IMG/VR virus record: IMGVR_UViG_3300031994_002305
Location: 229,073-293,072 of that record
Origin: a virus
Taxonomy: Duplodnaviria; Heunggongvirae; Uroviricota; Caudoviricetes
Direction: 5' to 3' (one strand)
DNA: 64,000 bases
Shown here: positions 53,691 through 64,000 of the stretch, one piece after another
Position numbering within the stretch: position 1 is the first letter of the stretch
How the letters are laid out: each line of letters opens with the position of its first letter
Notes under the pieces: model-generated
The model's input: only the letters and a program-made list of their open reading frames with translations
What the model was told of the DNA's origin: nothing
The model's database searches: none
Made by a program: the position numbers and the translations under genes

Positions 53691-54224
53691 ATGGATTATA
53701 AGCAAACTTTAGTTATCAATTTAATAGGTGGTCCTTGTAGTGGCAAGTCTACCGTTGCAGCTGAATTATTTGCAAGACTGAAGAAAATGGGAGTTCATTG
53801 TGAACTGGTTTCTGAATATATAAAAGATCGTATATATGAAGAAAATAAAACAATGCCTACCAATCAGATTGCTATATTTGGAATGGAACATTATAACATA
53901 TCAAATAAAATAGGAAAAGTTGATGTTATTGTTCATGATGGTTCATTCATAAATAATATTTTATATAAAGCTGAAGATAATACAGAGTTTGACAAATTAA
54001 TTATAAATGAATATCATAAGTTTTGGAATTTAGATTTTTTCATTAAACGTGGTAATATTGAATTTGAAGACTATGGAAGAATTCATAATTATGAACAGTC
54101 TTTAGAATTAGATGTTAAAATCAAAGATTTGTATTATCTTGCTGACGCTGAATTTATTGAAGTTGAATCAAGAGATGCAGTAGATAAAATAATTCCAATC
54201 GTACTTAAAGAATTAGCAAAGTAA
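53691..54224 (+). CDS. NadR/AAA_28-like P-loop kinase
   Basis: NLIGGPCSGKST, SEYIK, GRIH...S. Confidence 0.75.
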   Translation: MDYKQTLVINLIGGPCSGKSTVAAELFARLKKMGVHCELVSEYIKDRIYEENKTMPTNQIAIFGMEHYNISNKIGKVDVIVHDGSFINNILYKAEDNTEFDKLIINEYHKFWNLDFFIKRGNIEFEDYGRIHNYEQSLELDVKIKDLYYLADAEFIEVESRDAVDKIIPIVLKELAK

Positions 54225-54252
54225 ATTTTACTTTTAATAAATTTATAAAGAA

Positions 54253-57200
54253 ATGATTTGTAAGCAAATAGAAACTGGTAAATATTTTAATTATCGTTTC
54301 CTTAATAAGGATGAAGTAGAAATTGATGATTTTGATGGATTCGTAAAGAAATTAACTTATGAATCATGGCTTAATGATTATTTCATTGTTGATAAATGGC
54401 GGTGTTTAACAGATTATGATATTGAATATAATAGAAAATTAAAAGTAAATGATAAAGATTAAAAATCATAACATATTTCCATACGTTGTTGATAAACATA
54501 ATAATGTATGGAAATATATTGTATCTAAACAGCACTTTATTAAAGTAACACCTTGGGAATATGCTGAAGATCGTAGAGTAAATGTTTTTGAAATTGAAAA
54601 ACAGATCTTATCAGGTAATTTAGTACAAAAGAAAGCTAAACCTCAAGTTTATGAAATAATTAATAAGCGTTGGGATGATTATGAATATTCATGGGAATAT
54701 GAAGGTACATTATATTCTGTAGGTATTAATCATATTGATGCACAAGCGTATGATGCACCAATTCATAAATTTGAGCAATCTTACAAAGATAAAGAGGGTA
54801 ATAAACATATATATTATCATGAATATCGTATAGGATTCTATAATGGTAAAATTGTTTGGTGGACATGTTATCATTATTATCCTCGCACATATGTTTGGAG
54901 TTTTGAATCAATTGATAAAGAACCAAAAGATAAATTTGATAATTCATCAGGACGATGGATTATAACAGGACAATGGACTAATATTAAACATATTAAGCCA
55001 ATTTATAATAACACAACTCAAAAATATATTTAAAATGATTGGTCATAACGGTAAGTTTACAGACACAGAATTATATAATGTATTTAGTTCTTTAATAAAT
55101 ATTGATTATCGAACATTTAAGTTTCGTAGTGATTGCATATATGATCCTGACATTAAAATAGATGCCAAATTATCTTATATTAATGATGGAACAGAATATC
55201 TTTCAGCACAAACATATTTATATTCATTAAAATATAAACAGAAAAGAGTTGTTACAGCTATATGTCGCAAAATTAATTTAATGGATTTTGTTGAAGATAT
55301 TGGTAAAGATTTAGCTGAAGCTTGTTATAATGATCCTTCAATTAAATCATCAAAAAAAGCTGAGGAATATATTGAAAATAATTTTAATTTTATTAAAAAA
55401 GTTCAACAAATATTGTTTGAATATTCTGACAAAAATCAAATAGAAGAAGGATCAAATAGTTCAATCATATTTGGAGATTCTGTTGATAAAATAAAATTTA
55501 GCGATTATGAATATAATATAAATTACTATAAACATGATAATTACATGTTTGTAGAACGTTTTGTTAAGAAACCTGGAGAAAAAAATGAAATTAATGAATT
55601 ATTAATTTATAAAGCTAAATTAGGATATTTTAAATTTAAAAAAATATTTTTTGAGGAATTAGCAAATAGAATTAATGATAATTCTACAATAAGATATGTT
55701 TGCAAATGGATAGCTAAATCATATGAGCGTGTTTTTATTCCCAAATTAATAGAAAACATTAATATACTTGAAAGTAATAAAGAAGTATCTTCAAAAGATA
55801 TTGATATTATGGACCCAGTATTGGATTTAAATAAAGAAGCATTTAAAAAAGAATACGATAAATTTATAGAAAATACATACGATAAATCAAACGAAAAGAA
55901 TTTAGAAAATACATTAAATGAAATAGAAGAATGTATTGAAAAATCTAATACAGATAACTATATAGATTTTAATATTCAAACAAACATTTATAGATAATAA
56001 TTTTTAACATTTAAATAAATAAATTTATGGAACTTATTAACAGAAAAAATTTGCTGGCTAACATTGCCAAGTTGGAGAGTGAGCGTGATGTACTTAAGAA
56101 TAAGAAGTACGAGTATAAGGTAAAGCGTGCATGGCCTGGCGTATGCAATATTGAAGCTATTACAGATGTCGAATATCTTATTAAGGCTTTCAATATTATT
56201 AAGGAAGGTACAAAGGGTGATGATTCTGCTGTAGATACTTTGGGTTTGTCTAAGCTTGGTTTAGTTAAAACATCAAATGAACCTCGTTTGTATTATGGTT
56301 ATACTGCTGAGGCATGGGAAGCTGACCTTAAGTTGTGTGCTGAGGAGTTGGCTGATGTTAAGAAGCTTGAGTCTATTGAAAAGGCCATTAAGATTCTGCG
56401 TAAGAATATGAGTGAGGAAGATAAGTTCAAGGAGGATATGACAGCTGTTGCTAATTTGCTTGGTGAGTAATGAAGAAGATTGATAAAAAGGGAGTTGTTG
56501 ACATTCAAAATCAGCAACTCCTTGATAATTCATCAGACTTCAACAACTTCGAAAATCTATCTTATTTTATTGGAGAATATAAAAAAGCTAAAGCAATTAT
56601 TGCTCAGTGTAAATCTTTTTATCAAAATTTCTTAAGAACAAAATTATATTCAATTAATGAATTACAAAAAATTAAAGGAATTAATTTAATTGATCTTAAG
56701 TTAGATAATGAAGCTTATGCAAGTCATGTTCAAAAATTAGTTAAATACATTCTTATAAAGAAGGCAGCAAAAGAACTTGAAGAAGTATCTGATACTTATG
56801 GTTTGAAGTTTTTCCAATACATACCGCCTGATGAAGGAAAAACTTATAATTACGAAAAAAATGTTTGGAGAATTTATCCAAAGAAAGACGCATTACTAAA
56901 AGGCAATAGTGTATATACATATTTGACAAGTTTTCTTGATGGTAATTATTATCATAATAAGATAGAAAATGAATATGTATCTGATGGATATACATATTTT
57001 TATGATCATAAAGTTAATGCAGATTATGTAAATCTTAAATATGCTAAAAAACATAAGACACAAAGTAATTTAGAACCATCATATGAATCTAAATATAAAG
57101 GAGAAGATAAGAAAACACATAAAGGCATTTATGAACATGTTCCTCGTAAAGATAAGAAAGGAAATTTAATTGAATATGAATTTTATAAGTTATCTAAAAA

Positions 57201-58092
57201 GGAATTAGAATTAATAGATTTTATAAGTAATTTCACACGAAATAATTTATATGATGATCTTTATAATGAAATATATTTGAATCCTGATAAATATCAAAAT
57301 ACATGGGTTGAATATATTAATTTTATGAGTGAAAATTATAAAGATGAAAATAATTCAATTATTTGGTTTGATGTTCGAGATTACCATCGTAAGATACGAG
57401 AATTAAAAGAAGAAGAAAAACGTAAATATCTTTTGTGTCCTGCAGTTTATCTTAAACTAAAGCCAATGAAGGTTGAAGATTATCATCCGCAATGGAATAG
57501 AGAAACTTATGAAAAATATGTAGTAGATGAAACATGCTATGTTGATGCAAGCAAATATATAAATAAAGATTATCTTAAGTTATATTTGGATTGGAAACAT
57601 GATCAACAATATAGGTATCATGATGATTATATACCGAAAACATATGTAGAAACTAATAGATATGGTGAAAAAACATATATAGATACACGTTGTGAAACGT
57701 TTGATACTGATTTGTTCTCATATTTAGCAATCAACGTACCTCAATTATTGGAAATTATAAAATCGGAAGGAGAATTTACAAATGTTGATTTTTCTGAATA
57801 TCATTCTACTAGATTGCCTTCAGATTTTTATTTTACAATTGTAAATGGAACACCATTTAAATTTGCTGATGATTTGTCTTCTGTTAAAATCAAATATGAA
57901 GAAGATAAAAATATGTTGGAATGTACGTATGAAAACGAACATAGAGGAAAGAAATATGCTTGGCCAAGTGATGCTCCTTGGATAGTTACGACTTATTTCT
58001 ATTCTTTATATTTTGATTGTAATACTAATGAACCAATTAAATATAGCTTTAGTAAAGATACAGTTGAAGAAAGTTGTAAACATAGATATTAA
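54253..58092 (+). other. Hypothetical CDS (54253, 54449, 55035, 56027, 56470)
   Basis: Long ORFs without recognised motifs. Confidence 0.6.
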
Positions 58093-58122
58093 AAAATAGG
58101 TGGAATATTCCATCTATTTTTT
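58091..58122 (+). terminator. Intrinsic terminator
   Basis: aaaaaataggtggaat/attccatctatttttt. Confidence 0.75.
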
Positions 58123-58156
58123 GAATATGATAAATTCATAAATTTACTTGTAAATT

Positions 58157-58192
58157 TTGAATATTATTTAAAAAATGACTATATTATATTTG
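58157..58192 (+). promoter_or_regulatory. Conserved phage promoter
   Basis: TTGAAT-N16-CTATATTATATTTG. Confidence 0.75.
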
Positions 58193-58211
58193 TTAATAAA
58201 CAACAACAACT

Positions 58212-58496
58212 ATGCGCAAATATAATTTAATTAAAGATCGTATTGCAACTCCAAATGAAGTTTTTGAAAATCTAAAAAATGGTGGTTTAAAACTTCTATG
58301 TTTTAATAAAGAAACTGGCTTATGGAGTCAAGTTGCTTGGTGTTGGGATGGTAAAATTGAAGTTATTACGATTGAAAATGACACAGTTGTTGGAGAATAT
58401 TTTATATCCTTTAATTATGAAAATGTATGTGATTTAAAATTAAACACTACATTTTTTAAGAATAAGACTTGGTGGTTAGGATATATTCAGGATTAA
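58212..58496 (+). CDS. Hypothetical protein
   Basis: First ORF after the promoter. Confidence 0.6.
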   Translation: MRKYNLIKDRIATPNEVFENLKNGGLKLLCFNKETGLWSQVAWCWDGKIEVITIENDTVVGEYFISFNYENVCDLKLNTTFFKNKTWWLGYIQD

Positions 58497-58498
58497 TT

Positions 58499-60421
58499 AT
58501 GACAAAGAACGAAAAATTAGAATTATATTTTAAGGCTAAAGAAGCCTATTATAATGGACAGGAAATTATGACTGACTTTGAGTTTGACCAACTTGAGAAA
58601 GAACTTGGGTTGGAAAATAAATCTGAAGTTGGTACTCGTCGTAATCCTTCTTATACTGTTAAACACCCATTCATTATGGGTTCTATTTCAAAGGTACAGA
58701 TTCATAAGAATAAAGAAGGAAATATTGATTGGAATAAATATTATAATGAAATGCTTAAGTATACAGATAAGCAATGTAATTATATTATTACTCCAAAATA
58801 TGATGGCTGTTCATTTGAAGTATATGTAAATAATGGATATATAACTATTTCTTCACGTGGTGATGGTAATTGGGGAAAAGATCTTAAGAAACATTTATAT
58901 TCAAAAATTCCTAAGTATTTTTATGAATTAGGTGGTACATATACACTTCGTGGAGAAGTACTAGTACATAAATCAGTTTTTGAAAAAGAATATGCCGAAC
59001 AATTTACAAATCCTCGTTCATTTGTGTCTGGTGTTCTTAATAGAGATTATTCTAATGAACCTGAATTCAAATTAATGCTGAATGATCTCGCTATTATGAT
59101 TTATGATTTTCGTACATTAAACAATGGTATTTGGATAGATAGAGATTGGACAGAGTTATGTTTTGATGAAGATGGAAACGAAATTCTTTCAAATGATATA
59201 AGAGGTGTATTACCTGATTATTATAAGATTTATCCTATTTATAAAGACAAAGATCATCTCGCATATATCTATGAAGAATATTCGGAATTTCGTAAGGAAT
59301 GTACTTTTGCGCTTGATGGTATTGTAATTAAGCCAATTGCTGAAGAACGTATCAATAATACTACTGAGCGTCGTCCTAAAGATTGTGTGGCTATTAAGTT
59401 CATTCCAATGCTTGAAGAAACTGAAGTATTGGATATTACCTGGAATCTTGGTAAAACTGGTGAATTAACTCCTATTGTTTGGGTTAAGCCAGTTGAAATG
59501 GACGGTCGAATGGTTCAAAAATGTTCAGGTCATAATTATGGATATCTTTTGGAAAAGAAAGTATCAGTTGGTTCAAAGATTATTATGTCGCTTGCTGGTG
59601 ATATTATTCCTTTTCTTTACAAAGTAACAAATACAGATAATTTTGATTCTAGCAAACTTAATGTACCTGAGAATACATATATTGATGGAGATATTCATTT
59701 GATGAAAATTTTGAATGAAACTGATATGCTTCGCAATATGTTCATTAATTCTGCTCAGACATTAAATATTCCAAATATTGGTAATGAAACTGCTAAAAAG
59801 ATTTTTGAATATTTGGAAAGAACTAATTCAGATGAAATGACTGCAGATTTCTTTGGAGAAACAACAAAGAAACTGCCCGACAATATTCTTCTTTGTTCAC
59901 CTGAAGAAATTTATTTTGGTACTGGTTCTGGAAAGGCCGGAGATAAAGCAAAGAAATCATTTGAAGAAACACTTAAAAATCTTTCATTAGTAGATATTAT
60001 TAAGTCTTGTAATTTTAGATTCTGTGGTTCTAAGGTTGCTGAACAGTGCGCCACATATATGCTTACTGGAAATGCAGATTTTGAACATCTTGCAACACAG
60101 GGATATGAATGGGTTACTAAAGATTATTCAGATGAAAAGAATGATATTTATAATATTCTTTCACATCTTGGAAAAACCGTGGATGATTTTAAAGCTGTTC
60201 ATATTGCAGCAACACAAACCGTATCTAATCAGATTCCCGTAATTCTTACTGGTGAACCAAATAACTATAAGTCAAAGGGTGAGTTTCTTAAGTGTAATCC
60301 TCAGTATAGAAATACCACATCATGGAAGGAAGTACAAATTGTATTTACTAATTCATTTGATAGTAACACGGGAAAAATGAAGAAAGCTCGTGAAAAAGGA
60401 ATTAAGATTGAACTATATTAA
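58499..60421 (+). CDS. ligA: NAD-dependent DNA ligase; start corrected from 58469
   Basis: AYYNG...DFEFD, PKYDG, SRGDG, RGEV, NPRSF, DGIVIK, AIKF, GKTGELTP, AGDIIP, BRCT-like tail. Confidence 0.92.
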   Translation: MTKNEKLELYFKAKEAYYNGQEIMTDFEFDQLEKELGLENKSEVGTRRNPSYTVKHPFIMGSISKVQIHKNKEGNIDWNKYYNEMLKYTDKQCNYIITPKYDGCSFEVYVNNGYITISSRGDGNWGKDLKKHLYSKIPKYFYELGGTYTLRGEVLVHKSVFEKEYAEQFTNPRSFVSGVLNRDYSNEPEFKLMLNDLAIMIYDFRTLNNGIWIDRDWTELCFDEDGNEILSNDIRGVLPDYYKIYPIYKDKDHLAYIYEEYSEFRKECTFALDGIVIKPIAEERINNTTERRPKDCVAIKFIPMLEETEVLDITWNLGKTGELTPIVWVKPVEMDGRMVQKCSGHNYGYLLEKKVSVGSKIIMSLAGDIIPFLYKVTNTDNFDSSKLNVPENTYIDGDIHLMKILNETDMLRNMFINSAQTLNIPNIGNETAKKIFEYLERTNSDEMTADFFGETTKKLPDNILLCSPEEIYFGTGSGKAGDKAKKSFEETLKNLSLVDIIKSCNFRFCGSKVAEQCATYMLTGNADFEHLATQGYEWVTKDYSDEKNDIYNILSHLGKTVDDFKAVHIAATQTVSNQIPVILTGEPNNYKSKGEFLKCNPQYRNTTSWKEVQIVFTNSFDSNTGKMKKAREKGIKIELY

Positions 60422-60585
60422 ATAAGTATTGTATTATATACATATTTAATATTTATATATTGTTTGTTGACTTAAATTAATGTTATCCGATACAGGGATA
60501 ACTATAAGTTCTGAATTGATAATATTTATTTATTAATGACTTAATGTGATTTAACATAAGTCATTGGTAGATGATATGAAATTAA

Positions 60586-60903
60586 TTGAATATATTAAAA
60601 TTTATTAAAATTATGAGTAATTGGAAATTACATTTAAACAAAGGAAAAGTACAATGGTATCAAGGAGATTCATATGATGAAGAAAAAGATAATTATGAAT
60701 GGGAAGATACTATAAGTTATGTTGGATATGGAAGAGGACGTTCATCATGTGTAATTTATTTTTGGTCAGAAACTAATCTACAAAATATGCAAATGTTTAT
60801 GACAGATTTTGATGATATAGCTATAAAATTGGATCATGGTAAATTACAAGGTACATTCACATTTTGTAAACGTGGCGCAAATTATGGAATTAAATTAAAG
60901 TAA
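60586..60903 (+). CDS. Hypothetical protein
   Basis: ORF track (start probably MSNW). Confidence 0.55.
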   Translation: MNILKFIKIMSNWKLHLNKGKVQWYQGDSYDEEKDNYEWEDTISYVGYGRGRSSCVIYFWSETNLQNMQMFMTDFDDIAIKLDHGKLQGTFTFCKRGANYGIKLK

Positions 60904-61158
60904 TATGTTAACATTTTTAACTTATTTATTAGGTTGGCTATTATGGTCAATTGGATATTATATCTTTAAAGTATATTATGATAAAGATATATGGACTAGT
61001 AAGAAATTAATTGCTTATAGAGGTTTTATTTCTGGTGTTTTTCATGGTTTGGTATTTTTGTTGTGATTACAATAATCATTATTTATGGCATATGTAATAT
61101 AAATGATTGGATAGAAGATAAATTACGTTAAATAAATTATTAATTAAAATTAAAATGT

Positions 61159-61668
61159 ATGAAAAAAGAACGATTAATACAAATTGTAAAAAGATCTGAA
61201 GAGATTTTTAATAACACATATTATAAAGTGTTATATCATGATGGGTTAAATGGTGCTGTGATACCGTCACTTATTGAGATTTGTCTATTAGATGCATTTG
61301 AGGAAATTTATGGTTCTCGTGTGATGCATGGAGATGAAACAACAGGTCACGATATTGAGCATAGATATTTTAAAAATATCGCTATGGAAGTTAAAGCTAC
61401 ATCTAATGTAAAAGAATTAAAATTTGCACAAAATAGATGTCCTGGTGATAATAAGTTTCCAAATAAAGATAAAAAAGTTCCACACATATTTATTGCTTTT
61501 AAAAAGGAATTAAATAATAATGGAAAATATAAATTAGTTTATAAGAAAGTTTTGTTTGGATCTGTTTCATATAATGATTGGCTTTCAGGAATTAATCCAG
61601 AATCAACAAGAAGATCATTGTTTATGACTAAGAAAATATTAAAAGAAAATTGTGAAGAACTTTTTTAA
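61159..61668 (+). CDS. Restriction-endonuclease-like PD-(D/E)XK protein
   Basis: GHDI...MEVKAT. Confidence 0.45.
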   Translation: MKKERLIQIVKRSEEIFNNTYYKVLYHDGLNGAVIPSLIEICLLDAFEEIYGSRVMHGDETTGHDIEHRYFKNIAMEVKATSNVKELKFAQNRCPGDNKFPNKDKKVPHIFIAFKKELNNNGKYKLVYKKVLFGSVSYNDWLSGINPESTRRSLFMTKKILKENCEELF

Positions 61669-61676
61669 TAAAACTT

Positions 61677-62374
61677 ATGTTGCATAATATGATTAACTTA
61701 ATTAAAGAACAAAAAGAACTATTTAAAAATCAAATTATAGATTATCTTAATTATGAAATTGGTGCTACTAAAGATCAATTAAAAGATAGTATTGAATTAT
61801 GTGACCAAAATTATTTTACTGGTTCTGTTGAAACATTAATTGCAGTAAAAGAATATATTAAAGATATGTAATGTGAGAATTTAAATAAATTATGAGTTTA
61901 TCACCAGAATTAGATAATTGATATGTATATGAACGATCAATTATTAGAAATATCAGAAAACGACATCGTAATTATAATAAAAACAAGAAATAAATAATGA
62001 CAGAATTTAAAGATTTCTCTGATAAAAAATGTTGTTTAAACTGTGATGGTTTTTGCTGGTGGGATAGTGATTACTGTTGTACAATGGAAATGAAAATACA
62101 CCAGTATTGTTGGCCTCATCAAAATTGGTTTGATAGAGATATTGATAAAACAATGGAAACACCCGAAACATGCAAAAATTATCATTATAAACATCATGAA
62201 AAATATCCTGAATCTGAGAATGAATATATGCAAGAATATAAGAAATTTAAAGAGTGGGATAAATTGTGTTATCAATTAGAACAACATGTAAATAATAGAT
62301 GGGAAGATCCTAAAATAGAAGCAACAATTAAATGGATTCATAATCATTATTTTAATAATTTGAATAATAAATAA
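61677..62374 (+). other. Two hypothetical CDS (61677..61871; 61997..62374, Cys-rich)
   Basis: ORF track. Confidence 0.5.
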
Positions 62375-62393
62375 AATGAACTATATTTATTTG
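62360..62393 (+). promoter_or_regulatory. Conserved phage promoter
   Basis: TTGAAT-N15-CTATATTTATTTG. Confidence 0.65.
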
Positions 62394-62412
62394 TAATTTT
62401 AATAAAATTGAT

Positions 62413-63060
62413 ATGCTTAACGATTATTTAAGACTTAAACCAACAATTATTCAGCGCAAAGGATTATATCATCTTTATAATCTTAAAAATCCATCAGAAC
62501 GTGATATTTCAGATTTTGAAGAATATTTCAAATATGAATGGATTAATCATAGGGATGAATATAATTATATGATCGTTGATGCTAATGATGAATCATTTAA
62601 TTTTGAATATTATAAAACATTAGATGAGGTATTTCAAAAATATACTTCATTCAGTATGTTTGGAAAAGAAGATCGTAGTTCATTTAGTTATTGGTTCGCT
62701 CATTGGTGTGGATTTCAATTAACTGCATTGAATTTAGGAATATGGAAACCTAAATATTTATTGCATGATATTGAAAAACCATGGCTTAAACTATTATGGA
62801 AAGGTGATTATAAGAAAGTCCAAAAGTGGCATCGTAACCACAATAAGCATCACCTAGAATATGGATTAAAACATGGTTGGAATAAAATAGATTGGGAAGC
62901 ATTAATGATTGATTGGCAATGTTGTGGTCTTTCAAAACAGCAAGCCCAATTAGATGCTCGCGAAACAATGGAATATGAAGTAAAGAAAGAAAAATGGCAT
63001 TCATATGAAAAAGATATTCGTAGTCATTTAGAACCTATTTTGATCAAGAATCATTTATAA
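62413..63060 (+). CDS. HD-domain hydrolase (DUF5662-like)
   Basis: H...LLHDIEK...HRNHNKHH...IDW. Confidence 0.55.
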   Translation: MLNDYLRLKPTIIQRKGLYHLYNLKNPSERDISDFEEYFKYEWINHRDEYNYMIVDANDESFNFEYYKTLDEVFQKYTSFSMFGKEDRSSFSYWFAHWCGFQLTALNLGIWKPKYLLHDIEKPWLKLLWKGDYKKVQKWHRNHNKHHLEYGLKHGWNKIDWEALMIDWQCCGLSKQQAQLDARETMEYEVKKEKWHSYEKDIRSHLEPILIKNHL

Positions 63061-63135
63061 TGTTGAAAAATATTATATGTTAAAACTATTTTAAAAATGT
63101 AATTGTTATTAATTTAATTTAAATAAATAAAAGAA

Positions 63136-63933
63136 ATGGAAGAAAAAAAGAACAGTATGTTTAAGCGTATGCTTGAAAAGATGATGGCTCAGTACAGACC
63201 AACAAAGTCAGGCCAGTTGCGAATGACTTTTGATGGTACAATTGTATTGAAGAAAACTAATCCAACTGGTGAAAGTTATATTGGTATTAACAATGATGGT
63301 GCCATTGTTTCATATGAACCAGAGTTTGTAATGGATTTTCCTGTTTATTTGATTGATCGTCCATATTCACAGGTTAGTGAAAATGATATTATGCTTGTAA
63401 GCGAAGGTGAAAAGGCTATGTATGGTAAGATCACCAAGGTTACCAAGGATTATATTGAGGTTCTTTGTTTTAATGGCAATAATCTTAGGATTAATAAGAC
63501 TAAGGATTTTATGACAAATTCAGAAACTGTTTGCGTCGTATTGAATATGTTTGCTGGATTTAACAATAATACAGTAAACGGATTTAATCCATTAATGTTT
63601 GCATTTATGAATGGTGAAGGCGGAGATGTCGATATGGAGAAGTTCATGATGCTTAACATGATGATGAATCAGAATGGTAATCAGACTAATGGAATTGATC
63701 CAAACATGATGATGCTAATGTTCCTTAATAAGAGCAAGGGAGAATCAAATATGTTTGAAACAATGATGCTCATGCAAATGATGCAAAATGGTGGTTTTAA
63801 AATGTTTAATACTACTCCAACAGTAACATTAGCAAATGCAACACCTGTTAAAAAGACATCAACAAAAAAGACATCAGCAAAGACTATAGAATCTAATACT
63901 GATAATAGTGAACAAGCACAAGGTAAAAACTAA
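63136..63933 (+). CDS. Hypothetical protein with Met/Asn-rich low-complexity C-terminus
   Basis: NPLMFAFM...MMLNMMM...NMMMLM repeats. Confidence 0.7.
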   Translation: MEEKKNSMFKRMLEKMMAQYRPTKSGQLRMTFDGTIVLKKTNPTGESYIGINNDGAIVSYEPEFVMDFPVYLIDRPYSQVSENDIMLVSEGEKAMYGKITKVTKDYIEVLCFNGNNLRINKTKDFMTNSETVCVVLNMFAGFNNNTVNGFNPLMFAFMNGEGGDVDMEKFMMLNMMMNQNGNQTNGIDPNMMMLMFLNKSKGESNMFETMMLMQMMQNGGFKMFNTTPTVTLANATPVKKTSTKKTSAKTIESNTDNSEQAQGKN

Positions 63934-64000
63934 AATATAATTTAAATTATATTTGAAAATTTATCCCAAGCGTTACTATATTTATTTAGTTTAATTAAAT

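Noticed and set aside
61892-61993. TGA read-through in MSLSPELDN*YVYERS...
   Set aside because: Very short, an alternative 24-aa frame explains it equally well, and TGA is a normal stop elsewhere.
1996-63659. Many short antisense or alternate-frame ORFs in the track (e.g. 1996, 2697, 5258, 14607, 23033, 23599, 34022, 38701, 43373, 45694, 58578, 60024, 63450)
   Set aside because: They are nested within well-supported genes and lack motifs; shadow ORFs.
1-64000. TAG-to-Gln recoding as in Lak-type megaphages
   Set aside because: All long conserved genes are intact under code 11, and TAG ends genes at sensible places (4603, 11928). TAG stops are merely rare.
1-64000. CRISPR array, tRNA/rRNA, DGR or retron, integrase or IS element
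   Set aside because: No regularly spaced repeats, cloverleafs, reverse transcriptase or transposase motifs were seen by eye.

Overview
Very AT-rich, gene-dense segment of a large lytic T4-like (jumbo/mega) phage, most likely infecting Bacteroidetes. Host clues: no Shine-Dalgarno sites, a DUF4494-like gene, Bacteroidetes-style RecA/MnmA/ThyX, and promoters containing TATATTTG. Standard code 11 fits: long genes are intact and TAG is used, rarely, as a stop. No capsid or tail genes, tRNAs, CRISPR arrays or integrase were seen. Layout: (1) 183-5717, an operon of about 12 unrelated proteins that nearly all begin with the same 10-aa leader MKx[IL]xx[YFK]IxE, matching the T4 internal-protein capsid-targeting signal, with signs of cassette shuffling and decay. 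(2) 6269-21053, a large glycosyltransferase/methyltransferase island with a macro-domain gene and an unusual sigma70 factor inside it. (3) 21040-31301, a holin-like gene, two-subunit type II topoisomerase, leader-tagged nucleotidyltransferase, RecA, ACP, AAA ATPase and ClpX. (4) 31300-42831, many small early-type genes plus MnmA and a phosphoesterase. (5) 42853-50413, a minus-strand block with a deoxyribosyltransferase-like gene, a gp42-like dCMP-modifying enzyme, ClpP, ThyX and a PD-(D/E)XK nuclease. (6) 50566-64000, promoter-led early genes, NAD-dependent ligase, an REase-like gene and an HD-domain gene. All family calls come from motifs recognised by eye and from remembered reference sequences; no searches were run.
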